Assembly: GCA_963771465.1 (NCBI GenBank)
Contig: CAVYTU010000005.1
Span: 59,957 to 123,956, forward strand
DNA from: an uncultured delta proteobacterium
GTDB lineage: Bacteria; Desulfobacterota; Binatia; UBA9968
Length of the DNA stretch: 64,000 nucleotides
Reading direction: 5' to 3'
Part shown: positions 40,324 to 49,976 of the stretch, in pieces
How the letters are laid out: each line of letters opens with the position of its first letter
Numbering within the stretch: position 1 is the first letter of the stretch
The notes under the pieces: model-generated
Told to the model about the DNA's origin: nothing
Databases searched by the model: none
Seen by the model: only the letters and a program-made list of their open reading frames with translations
Program-made: the position numbers and the translations under genes

Positions 40324-41427
40324 TTAGTCGGATTGTCGCAGCGGCTCGAACGTGCCGCCTTTGCGGCGCACATAGGTGCGGCCACGCCAGCTATGATGTT
40401 TGCGCAGCGCGAACTGAATGATCCGAAGTATGACGGGAAGATCGGCAAGCGGCGAAAGCCAGTAGGACCACGGTTTGGTTGGATAAGCGCGGGCCAGGCC
40501 GAAGAGCACGCCGATGCGCATCATGAGCAGGAAACCCGAGAGGATCAGCAACCACGGCGGCGCGCGCAAAATAATTCCCAGCACAAAGGCTGGCAACGGC
40601 AATGCTTGCACTAGCAAGATGCCGATCAGTCCGACAATCTCCCGCCAGCCGAAATATTGATCGCGCATCGGCAACGAGCGCGGCCAGTTGTTCCAAGTCT
40701 CGCGCCAATTATCATACATGGTCACGTCGACTAAGCCATGGCTTTCGTAGAAGCCGACGGCGGTGCCACACTCGGAGAGCCGGCGCACGATTGTGATGTC
40801 CTCGCAAAGCGAGGCTTGCGCGGCGCGAAATGCTTCGGTTTCGAGCAAAAGTCTACGTGGGCTCAAAAAGCATTGGCCGTTGGCTTGAACTTTGTGGAGG
40901 TTGCTATGGGCGCGACCGGGGGAGCCAAAGCGATAAATAAGCGTTGTCAGCATTGCTGGATGAAGCAGCGCTTCGAGCTTGCCGGAAAGATGCTGGCTGG
41001 TGGCGACGGAGAATGTCGTCACGCCGGTTTTTTCCGCGTGGGCGAGCAATGAACGAACCAGATTCGGTGAAACCCAGACATCGGCGTCGACAGTGAGTAT
41101 CCAGATCGATTTGGGATCGGACTGTTGAAGTCCGCAATTGAGCCCCCAAGCTTTTCCCGTCCAGCGGTTGTCCACGGGGGTCGCGTCGACCAGCCGTACC
41201 CGCGCATCGAGCGAATGATAGCGGTCGATGATCTTTTGGGTGCCGTCGGTGGAGCCGCCGTCGACAACGAGAATCTCCGTTACTTCTTCGGGTTGGGTGA
41301 TAAGGCTGTCGAGACAGCGCTCGATTCTCCTCGCTTCGTTCAAAACCGGTAGGATGATGCTGACGCATGCCGGGTGTGGCCGATCGGAAAGCTCGACGCG
41401 CCATTTCGGTTGTCCTAAGCCAAACAA
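40324..41427 (-). CDS. GT2 glycosyltransferase (CruC-like carotenoid glucosyltransferase)
   Basis: IILPVLNE, VDGGSTDGT, WTGK, DAD, ANGQC, ED; C-terminal TMs and WRGR; start uncertain. Confidence 0.75.
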   Translation of the reverse strand: MFGLGQPKWRVELSDRPHPACVSIILPVLNEARRIERCLDSLITQPEEVTEILVVDGGSTDGTQKIIDRYHSLDARVRLVDATPVDNRWTGKAWGLNCGLQQSDPKSIWILTVDADVWVSPNLVRSLLAHAEKTGVTTFSVATSQHLSGKLEALLHPAMLTTLIYRFGSPGRAHSNLHKVQANGQCFLSPRRLLLETEAFRAAQASLCEDITIVRRLSECGTAVGFYESHGLVDVTMYDNWRETWNNWPRSLPMRDQYFGWREIVGLIGILLVQALPLPAFVLGIILRAPPWLLILSGFLLMMRIGVLFGLARAYPTKPWSYWLSPLADLPVILRIIQFALRKHHSWRGRTYVRRKGGTFEPLRQSD

Positions 41428-41471
41428 GAATATTATCCAGTTTTAATCGAAGCGAGAGCGCTCAGATCGGT

Positions 41472-42251
41472 TTACGATTTGGCAGCTAAGCCGCGTATAC
41501 TTTCACAGGTGCTGCCGTTAGCAACTTGAGTGAGAATGAAACGGCTTTCTTTCGGGTTAGGCTCGACCTCGGCCGATTGATTTAAAAAACCCGGCCAAGC
41601 GCCGAGCACCCGCTGTTCGAATAAGCGAGTTTCTATGGAGCCTTCGATTTTTCCCGGTTGAACGAGGCGGCCGTTGAGAATGGAGTGACCGCGTTGGACG
41701 ACATACAACTCTCCGTCCGGTAAAAGTGGGATGGAAATCTTGAGTGTAGCGGCGGGATGGCCGTCGCCGTCCCAGTCATAAACTGCCGGGTCATCGATCC
41801 TGGTCGGCAACGCCGTCTCATTGCCACTCGACTTATAACCGACACGTTCAATGCCAAGATCGGCGCGGTAGCGCCAGCCTTGCGCGTCTTTGTCCAGTTG
41901 CAGCGGGTAGCTGTGTTGTGCAAGCGCCGCGACAAATTTCTCGGGAAAGATCATTTTGATGAACTTGGAATCTTCGAGCACGCGAAAGTCGCACGTCTTG
42001 TGGGTTTGAATCAGCGCCGCGCCATCGCGATTGATCTCCACTAGAGAAACCGACTTCGATGCGGACTTTGACGAACCGAAGAACGGCACGCGAGTTATCG
42101 AGGCCATGATCAGTTCAAGGCGGTAGGTGCCTGGGGCCAGTGGATACTCTTCCTGGGCCAAGAGCGTTGGGTGGAACGGCGTTGTCATTACAATCAAGAA
42201 TAGCGCGGCCGATACATTGAATATTTTATGTCGCCATGAAGAACTAGCCAT
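41472..42251 (-). CDS. Secreted hypothetical protein
   Basis: Signal peptide; DWDGDGHP Ca-binding-like loop; two Cys. Confidence 0.65.
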   Translation of the reverse strand: MASSSWRHKIFNVSAALFLIVMTTPFHPTLLAQEEYPLAPGTYRLELIMASITRVPFFGSSKSASKSVSLVEINRDGAALIQTHKTCDFRVLEDSKFIKMIFPEKFVAALAQHSYPLQLDKDAQGWRYRADLGIERVGYKSSGNETALPTRIDDPAVYDWDGDGHPAATLKISIPLLPDGELYVVQRGHSILNGRLVQPGKIEGSIETRLFEQRVLGAWPGFLNQSAEVEPNPKESRFILTQVANGSTCESIRGLAAKS

Positions 42252-42353
42252 AGATTGGTCTCCTGAGCGGGTTTGCCGATTGTTTTTACCAAAGGATTTA
42301 GGCATACGCTAATCTCCGATCCTGTGCTGCGTCGAAGCACGAACAAATCGTCG

Positions 42354-43754
42354 ATGAATGATCTCGAATCGTTGGAGTTCGATGCGCGAGTGACTCGTCG
42401 TAAGACGGGCGCCCCCGATGGCGACGGCAGTTGCGTGGTCTACTGGATGCGGCGGGCGCAGCGGGCGCAGGACAATCCCGCCCTGAATATCGCCATCGAA
42501 GCGGCCAACTTGCTCGCTAAACCTGTCGTGGTTTTTTTCCAACTTGTGCCTCATGCTCGTCACGCCAATTTGCGCCACTATGAATTTATGCGCGATGGGT
42601 TTTTAGAATTACCGGATCAATTGCGCAAGCGCGGCGTCGGATTTGTGCTGCGCCGTTACCCCGATCATGGTTTTGGCAAATTCTGTGCGGAGCTTCGACC
42701 GTGTTTAGTTATCGGCGATGAAAATCCGCTGCGCGAAGCGGAGCGCGCCAAAGACCGGGCCGCGCGACACCTCGAAGTCCCGTTCTGGACCGTCGACGCC
42801 GATGTGATCGTGCCGAGCCGGCTGCTCACCAAGGAGCATTACGCCGCGCGCACCATCCGTCCGAAGATTCATGGGCTGCTGCCCAAATTTCTTATGCCTT
42901 TGACCAATCCGACTGCGCGATTCGAATGGCGCAATCCCGTGGCCGCGCGAAGCGTCGGCGCCGATGCGTCGCTGCTCGAAAATTTTCCCCTCGACCGTTC
43001 GATTTCCCCAGTATCGAGCATGGCCGGCGGCGGCCGAGCCGCGCAAAAAGCGCTGAGCCGGTTTCTCGGCACTCGTCTGGCCGGCTATGCGGCGAGACGC
43101 AATCAACCCGACGTCGACGGCACCAGCCAGCTGTCGCCCTATCTTCACTTCGGCCATATCAGTGTTCATCGAGTTGCCATGACGGTAATGCAGGCGAACG
43201 CGCCCAAGGTCGACAAGCAGGCGTTTCTCGAAGAGCTGATCGTGCGCCGCGAATTGGCGGTAAATTTTGTCCGCTACAATCCACGGTACGACAGCCTGGA
43301 TTCCAGCGAGCCGTGGGCGGATCGTACCTTGCGGCTACATGCGAGCGACTCGCGTTCATTTACCTACTCCGAAAGTCAGTTTGAAAACGCCGAGACTCAT
43401 GATCCGTTGTGGAACGCGGCGCAAAAGCAAATGGTGTTGACCGGTTGGATGCATGGTTATCTACGCATGTATTGGGCCAAGAAAATTCTCGAGTGGAGTC
43501 AGTCACCCGCAGAGGCTTATGATATCGCCGTGCGCCTAAATGATCGCTACGAGTTGGACGGCCGCGATCCCAATGGCTATGCCGGGATCGCCTGGGCGAT
43601 TGTCGGCAAGCACGATCGGGCGTGGGGACCGGAGCGGCCGGTATACGGGAAAATTCGTTATATGTCCTTCGCCAGTACATCGCGCAAGTTCAACAGCAAG
43701 GCTTATATCGCTCGCATCGCCGGGTTAGAAAAAGGAGCGAGCTCTGATCTTTAG
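42354..43754 (+). CDS. phr: Class II CPD DNA photolyase
   Basis: VVYWMRRAQRAQDN, SQLSPYLHFG, EELIVRREL, MHGYLRMYWAKKILEW, DGRDPNGY, HDRAW..ERPVYGKIRYM. Confidence 0.93.
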   Translation: MNDLESLEFDARVTRRKTGAPDGDGSCVVYWMRRAQRAQDNPALNIAIEAANLLAKPVVVFFQLVPHARHANLRHYEFMRDGFLELPDQLRKRGVGFVLRRYPDHGFGKFCAELRPCLVIGDENPLREAERAKDRAARHLEVPFWTVDADVIVPSRLLTKEHYAARTIRPKIHGLLPKFLMPLTNPTARFEWRNPVAARSVGADASLLENFPLDRSISPVSSMAGGGRAAQKALSRFLGTRLAGYAARRNQPDVDGTSQLSPYLHFGHISVHRVAMTVMQANAPKVDKQAFLEELIVRRELAVNFVRYNPRYDSLDSSEPWADRTLRLHASDSRSFTYSESQFENAETHDPLWNAAQKQMVLTGWMHGYLRMYWAKKILEWSQSPAEAYDIAVRLNDRYELDGRDPNGYAGIAWAIVGKHDRAWGPERPVYGKIRYMSFASTSRKFNSKAYIARIAGLEKGASSDL

Positions 43755-44230
43755 GTTCCCGTTCGCCGCGACGGCGAGACTTTATCCGGATTGAAAAGTT
43801 GCTGCAAAATTTTGTGACGATAGTCAAAGATGCGCTCCATATCGGGAGCGACTAGAAATCTCTGTACGGGGTTTCCCCCGGGAACGGCATATTCGACCTT
43901 GTCTCCAACCAAGGTGCCGTTGTCGCGCTCCTCGAAGGTGTGTTCGTGAACCCAGAGCGAGTAGGGGCCTTTGGTCTGGCGGTCGATGAAACGGCGCGGC
44001 GGTTCCCACACTGTGATCTCACTCTGCCAGCGGATCAGGATACCGCGGATGCGTAGCCGGTAATCTAACAAAGCTCCCTGGATTATTGGCTTGGTCGCCG
44101 GCGTCAAGATCTCGAAGCCCAGCCACGTCGGCGTGAGCCGATCGAGATTTGCCGGATTGGAGAAGAACTCGAAAACCTTGTCGCGCGATTGCGGCAGCCA
44201 AATACTTTTTCTCAGCCAGTAAGTCTTCAT
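43751..44230 (-). CDS. SRPBCC-family protein
   Basis: FEFFSNPANL..LTP, FIDRQTKGPY..WVHEH, IFDYR. Confidence 0.85.
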   Translation of the reverse strand: MKTYWLRKSIWLPQSRDKVFEFFSNPANLDRLTPTWLGFEILTPATKPIIQGALLDYRLRIRGILIRWQSEITVWEPPRRFIDRQTKGPYSLWVHEHTFEERDNGTLVGDKVEYAVPGGNPVQRFLVAPDMERIFDYRHKILQQLFNPDKVSPSRRTGT

Positions 44231-44263
44231 AATCGTTTTGCTGACAATCCTTACAAAAGCTGC

Positions 44264-45236
44264 TTAGACGTGGTTTCGCAGCATCAGCTCTTTCGGACTT
44301 GGTTCCAAGTAAAGCTGTCCCTGCAAGTATTCAATGCGATATTTTTTACTGTAATGGCGTATCAATGTGATCGGCACGATCAATGGAATGAGTCGGCGGC
44401 GATAATCGCCGATCAAGTGCACCAATTCTTGCCGCTCCGGCGCGGTCAACTGTTTTGAGAAGTGGCCCATCATGTGATCCAGGACGTTGGCGTGAGACCT
44501 TTCCGTCGCGTGAACGGCCAACGCTGCCATAAAAATCCGAGCCATAATCGTCGCACACGGCGGCAAGAGTGATTTTTGTTTTGCTGCCGCCACCAACCGA
44601 CCGAGTTGGCGATAATGACGCTTGGCTATGCGCCAGCAGCAAGTATTTGTGGCTGGTATGAAAGCGCACCAGCGCGCTGGCGGTTGTTTCGTTTGACGAG
44701 ATTTGTTGCCAGCGATGATAGGCAAATACTCTCTCGATAAAGTTTTCCCGAAGCTTTAGATCGCTCAGCCGGCCTTCTTCTTCGACCGGCAAGAGCGGCC
44801 AACGGCTCATGAGCGCCGCCGCGAAAAGTCCGCGCCCCTGGCGTTCCGCCATGCCTTTGGAGTTATAAACTTTCACACGCTCCATGCCGCAGCTCGGTGA
44901 ATTTTTCTTGAACACGTAGCCCGACAAGTGTTTCTCGGCGAGGTCGCGCAGTCGCTGCGAAGTGAAGTGGGTCATCGCATCCGTCCAGTCTTTGCCCGAT
45001 CGCTCCGCGACTATTCTCGGATGGGTCGTTGCGCCGACTAAGCGCACGGTCTCGCGGGGCACGCCCATGCCGACTTCGACTTCCGGACATATCGGCATCC
45101 ACTCGACAAACTTGCCAAATAGTTCGGTCAGGAAAAGATCGCGTTTGTGCCCGCCGTCGTAGCGAACCTTTTGACCAAGGAGGCACGCGCTGATTCCTAA
45201 TCGCGGTGTACGGCCGGCGGAAGGAAGCGAAACCAT
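44264..45236 (-). CDS. DUF523+DUF1722 (YbgA-like) protein, frameshifted
   Basis: GISACLLGQKVRYDGGHK, CPEVEVGMGVPRE, KKNSPSCG, EEEGRL; C-terminal NVLDHMMGHF...YLEPSPKELMLRNHV in another frame. Confidence 0.9.
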
Positions 45237-45254
45237 ATATGATATATATGTCAC

Positions 45255-45310
45255 AGATAAATATTTAGTCAACTATACTTGACATCAATACCCGCCGGTG
45301 TTAAATCAGC
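45255..45310. promoter_or_regulatory. Divergent promoter region with back-to-back -35-like boxes
   Basis: GTCAACTATACTTGAC (45268-45283): TTGACA on +, TTGACT on -; AT-rich. Confidence 0.55.
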
Positions 45311-45399
45311 TGTCCATGAGGATGCGGTGATGAGCTCGGTGAGCCTTCTCAGACCCTGAAGAAAAAGGAGGCGAGCCGAAGAAAGTTGTCTTTTTTATT

Positions 45400-46302
45400 A
45401 TGGCGCGAAAGGTAGTTCAGGTTGATCCGGCTCACGTCAAGGCGCGTTACTTACAAGCGCTGTTGGCAGGCGATCTCGACGCCGCATCCGACGCGGTTGC
45501 CAAGCTGGTCGCCGCCAAGGTCGGCTTGGCCGATATCTACTTGAGTGTATTGGGGCCGGCGATGGTCAAGGTCGGCGACTTGTGGTGCGAGGGCAAAATC
45601 AACGTCGCTCAGGAGCATCTGGCGACGCAGACCACGCTGGGTCAGATGGAAAAATTGCGCCTGCTGCAATCCATCCCGCGCCCGGTTCCCTATCGTGTGA
45701 TGGTTTCCTGCGTTGAGGGAGAAAGACATTATCTCGGTGCGCAAATGCTCGCCGACCTGTTCCACCTCGAGGGCTGGGCGGTGGATTTTTTAGGCCCCGA
45801 CGTGCCGAATCGAGCGCTGATAGATATCGTCGACGCCAGACACCCGGATCTGTTGTGCGTGTCGGTAACGCTGGAGATCCATCTGAAAGCCACACGCATT
45901 TTGCTGAAGGGACTGAACACCATTTCCGACCGGCCTAAAATTCTCATTGGTGGTTTCATTGGAGGAACGTTAGGCAATTGGAAGAGTGAGTTTGACGGGG
46001 TCGAAGTCGCGAACAGTCTGGTCCATGGAATCAAGCTGGCGCGCAAGTTTTTCAAACCGGTTCTGCCCACGGTCCTTCTTGGCGATGTTCTAAAAGAGCT
46101 TGGCCGCCGAATTCGCGCTCTGCGTAATCAGAACGGTTGGACGCAGGAGGATATAGCAAAGGCAACCAAGCTGACACGAGCTTATCTAGTAGCGGTTGAG
46201 GGCGGTAAGCAGAACCCCAGCCTGGATGTCGTGATTCGTATAGCGAACGCGCTAAACGTGCCGCCGGAGCAGTTGATCAGTAGAGAAGGAAAATTGAGTT
46301 AG
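45400..46302 (+). CDS. Cobalamin-binding (CarH-type) domain fused to C-terminal XRE helix-turn-helix
   Basis: W-x9-EH (WCEGKINVAQEH), ExH-xxG (GERHYLG), FLGPDVP, SVT; C-terminal IRALRNQNGWTQEDIA...VEGGKQNPSLDVVIRIANAL. Confidence 0.9.
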   Translation: MARKVVQVDPAHVKARYLQALLAGDLDAASDAVAKLVAAKVGLADIYLSVLGPAMVKVGDLWCEGKINVAQEHLATQTTLGQMEKLRLLQSIPRPVPYRVMVSCVEGERHYLGAQMLADLFHLEGWAVDFLGPDVPNRALIDIVDARHPDLLCVSVTLEIHLKATRILLKGLNTISDRPKILIGGFIGGTLGNWKSEFDGVEVANSLVHGIKLARKFFKPVLPTVLLGDVLKELGRRIRALRNQNGWTQEDIAKATKLTRAYLVAVEGGKQNPSLDVVIRIANALNVPPEQLISREGKLS

Positions 46303-46364
46303 TGGAGTAAAGCAAAATGTTGACGTCAACGAAACGAAAAAATCCGAGCGTGATCGATTGTGCA

Positions 46365-47411
46365 ATGAATAATTTTAGATCGAGCAATCGCTTCGATGAG
46401 GCGCTGCCGTTCGATGGCCGCCTGAGTAGCTTATTAGGACTGGATGCCGACGGGGAAATCGGAAGAATCTTGCGAGATGTTCTCATCGGTCCTATTAGTG
46501 AGTTAACTTCAAATCATGGCAAGAAGATTCGCGGCACTCTCGTTAACTTGGCGTATCGGTTGGTCAACAATGAAACTCGGTCGTCGGTAACGGCCGCTCG
46601 CAGAATTAAAATTGGCGCTCAAGTGCTGGAACTGATCCATGCAGGTTCGTTGATCGTCGATGATATTGAAGACGGTAGTCAGACGCGCCGCGGCAGACCT
46701 GCTCTGCATGTGAGGCATGGACTGCCTTTAGCTCTCAACGCTGGCAACTGGCTCTATTTTTGGCCATTTCAACTTGTCGCTGATTTGGATTTGCCAAAAG
46801 AGAAGACTCTTGCCGCATACGAAGCGTATCAGCGTACTCTCTTGCGCGCTCATTTTGGGCAAGCGATGGATTTAGGGGCGCGAGTTGACACACTTGAACA
46901 AGATTGCGTCGCGGACGTGTGTCTCGCCTCTCTCGCGCTAAAAACCGGCGCTCTCACGGGGTTTGCCATGGTTTTAGGTGGGCTCGTCGCCGGCGCGGAC
47001 GAAAATACCACGTCAGTCCTCGACGACTTCGGGCAGGAACTCGGTGTGGCGCTGCAGATGTTTGACGACATCGGTAATGTCACTGGAGTGCGCGAGCCAT
47101 CGAAGCAGTACGAAGATTTTATCCTTTCTCGTCCGTCCTTTGCCTGGGCTTGGGCCGCGGAGAACAGTTCGCGAAATGACTATTCTCGGTTTATCAACGC
47201 GGTCGCTAAGTTGCCGGACGCCGGTGAAATCAAGGGCTGGCTCGACCTGCATGATCTAGTTACGGCGGGCCGATCGAGTGCGGCTCGTCACATGGAACAA
47301 GCATTCGTTAAACTCATAAGGGAACTCGAAGAGCGCCGGGTACCATGGTCGCGGTGTGCCTACGAAGAAATGAGGGCATTAGGAGAGGAGATTGCGGTCG
47401 CCTATGGATAA
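46365..47411 (+). CDS. crtE: Geranylgeranyl diphosphate synthase
   Basis: GKKIR, LIVDDIEDGSQTRRG, GQAMD, KTG, QMFDD; precedes crtI-crtB. Confidence 0.8.
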   Translation: MNNFRSSNRFDEALPFDGRLSSLLGLDADGEIGRILRDVLIGPISELTSNHGKKIRGTLVNLAYRLVNNETRSSVTAARRIKIGAQVLELIHAGSLIVDDIEDGSQTRRGRPALHVRHGLPLALNAGNWLYFWPFQLVADLDLPKEKTLAAYEAYQRTLLRAHFGQAMDLGARVDTLEQDCVADVCLASLALKTGALTGFAMVLGGLVAGADENTTSVLDDFGQELGVALQMFDDIGNVTGVREPSKQYEDFILSRPSFAWAWAAENSSRNDYSRFINAVAKLPDAGEIKGWLDLHDLVTAGRSSAARHMEQAFVKLIRELEERRVPWSRCAYEEMRALGEEIAVAYG

Positions 47412-48937
47412 GTTGAGGGCTGCCGTGATTGGCAGCGGCTTCGGCGGTCTGGCGGCGGCGATTCGCTTGCAGGCGGCCGGATTTCAGACGGTTATTTTTG
47501 AGAAGCGCGATCAGCCTGGCGGTCGGGCCTACGTCTATAGCGACCACGGATTTACCTTCGACGCCGGTCCGACGGTGATTACCGCGCCGCATTGTCTCGA
47601 AGAGCTGTTCGCGGTCTCCGGCAAATCGATGCGCGACTATGTCGAGCTGATACCGGTCAAGCCATTTTATCGTTTGTTCTGGGACGATGGTTACGAATTC
47701 GATTACTCGGATGACGACGAGGCGCTGGAAAATCAAATTCGTGCTAAATCGTTGGACGATTGGGCGGGCTATCAAAAATTCTTGAAATACTCGCAGGAGG
47801 TTTTTCACGAAGGCTACGAAAAACTAGTCCACATCCCGTTCTTAAATCTTTCGAGCATGATAGCGGTGGCGCCGCAGTTGATCCGGCTTGAAGCTTATCG
47901 CTCAGTTTATGGTGCGGTCGCCAAACATATTCGTGATCCACATCTGCGTCAGCTGTTTAGTTTTCATTCTCTGCTCGTCGGTGGCAATCCGTTTACGACG
48001 ACGTCGATTTACACTCTGATTCACTGCCTTGAGCGCAGATGGGGTGTTTTTTTCCCCAAAGGCGGGACCGGACAGCTAGTTCGGTCGCTGGTGAAATTAT
48101 TCCAGGAGCTTGGCGGTGAGATTCGCTACAACGCGGAAATCGATCGGATTGCTACCCGCGGTGGCGCGGTTACGGGTTTGCAAACAATGACGGGCCGAGA
48201 GCAAAGTTTCGATCTAGTGGTCAGCAACGCCGACGTGGTTCACACTTATGATCGGCTCCTCAAAGACGAACCGCGCGTCGGCGCGATGCGCCGCAATCTT
48301 GGGCGAAAAAAGTACAGCATGTCGCTATTTCTCATCTACTTCGGCACCAACCGGCAATATCCGAATTTGCAGCATCATAACGTTATCTTTGGACCGCGTT
48401 ACCGCGAATTGTTGAGACGATATTTTCGAGCGCGGCCGGTTGGCCGATGATTTTTCACTCTATCTGCATGCGCCGACTCGCTCCGATCCGACGCTCGCGC
48501 CGCCAGGCTGTGAAGCATTCTACGTGCTCTCGCCGGTGCCGCATCTGGGCAAGCTGGCAATCGATTGGCAAATCGAAGGGCCGGGCTACGCGGCAAAGAT
48601 TCTAGCCTATTTGGAAAAGCGCTATATGCCCGGTCTGGCGGCGTCGATCGTCACTCAGAGAATTTTTACGCCGGCCGATTTTAAGAGCGAGCTCAACGCT
48701 CATCACGGCTCGGCATTTTCACTCGAGCCCCGACTGATGCAGAGCGCCTATTTTCGGGTGCATAACCGGGATCGAAATGTTCGCGGTCTCTATTTCGTTG
48801 GCGCGGGTACACATCCCGGAGCAGGCATTCCCGGTGTGGTCAATTCCGCTAAAGCGACGGCGAATTTGATTCTTGAGGACTTGAAATTTGTATTGGCAGG
48901 TTCGGCTATCAAACCAACGGAAGTGTCCTATGCGTGA
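47404..48937 (+). CDS. crtI: Phytoene desaturase, frameshift near 48415
   Basis: GSGFGGLAAAIRLQ, FTFDAGPTVIT, HSLLVGGNPF, GSAFSLEP, GAGTHPGAGIPGV. Confidence 0.95.
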
Positions 48938-49883
48938 TGCGCTAACTCCGGAAGTGCGTGCGGCGCTCAACGACTGCCGCGAGATTATCACTAAAGGCTC
49001 GAAGAGCTTTTCTCTCGCCGCGAAACTTTTCGATCCTCAGACGCGCGATGCCGCTGTGTTTCTCTACGGCTGGTGTCGCTACTGCGACGATCAAGTCGAC
49101 GACGCCGGCAAAGCCGATAGTCAAGCTGAGCTTCAAGCCAGGCTCAAGTCGCTCAAAGAGAAAACCGCTTCGGCTTTTAGTTTTGAGCCGCAACAAGAAC
49201 CGGTCTTTATCGCCTTGCAACATATCGTGCACCGCTACGGCATCCCGGCGCATTACGCACTCGAATTGATCGAAGGCATGGCGATGGACGTCAAGGGAAC
49301 CCGCTACGCGACTTTGCGCGATTTGTTGCTCTACTGTTATCGGGTCGCCGGGACGGTCGGGCTGATGATGTCCCATGTGATGGGGTTGCGCGAGGAGAGC
49401 GCGCTCCGAAACGCCGCCGACTTGGGCATCGCTATGCAGCTCACCAACATCGCTCGCGACATCACCGAGGATGCCGCAATGGGGCGAATCTATTTACCGC
49501 TTGCGTGGCTCGATGAAGTGAATATTAATCACGGTGGGATCAGCGCGCCGGAAAATCGTGACAAGCTGGCGATGCTGACGCTGCGCCTACTCAATGAAGC
49601 GGACCGCTACTATCGTTCCGGCGATGCTGGCTTGTGGCATCTGTCGTTTCGGTCGGCGTGTGCGGTGTCGGCGGCGCGCCAAGTTTATTCCGAGATCGGC
49701 TCCTTGCTGGCTAAACGCGGCGCGCACGCTTGGGATCAACGAACTTATGTCACTGGCGCGCTCAAGATTTGGGTGGTGTTGCGCGGCGTTTTGAATCTGT
49801 TGTGCTCGGCACCGGCTCGTGTGTTCGAGCCCTGGTCGCCCGGCGCATTGAGAACCATCTGGAAATATTCCAATGTTCAGTAA
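48930..49883 (+). CDS. crtB: Phytoene synthase
   Basis: GSKSFSLAA, WCRYCDDQVD, YCYRVAGTVG, QLTNIARDITED, GRIYLP. Confidence 0.95.
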   Translation: MRDALTPEVRAALNDCREIITKGSKSFSLAAKLFDPQTRDAAVFLYGWCRYCDDQVDDAGKADSQAELQARLKSLKEKTASAFSFEPQQEPVFIALQHIVHRYGIPAHYALELIEGMAMDVKGTRYATLRDLLLYCYRVAGTVGLMMSHVMGLREESALRNAADLGIAMQLTNIARDITEDAAMGRIYLPLAWLDEVNINHGGISAPENRDKLAMLTLRLLNEADRYYRSGDAGLWHLSFRSACAVSAARQVYSEIGSLLAKRGAHAWDQRTYVTGALKIWVVLRGVLNLLCSAPARVFEPWSPGALRTIWKYSNVQ

Positions 49884-49976
49884 GGGACGAAGGATATACC
49901 CCCAAGACCGAAACGAGGGATCGGAATTGCAGGAGCAATTTTCGTGGTTGCCCTTTCCCGGTATGGCTAGATTGAG

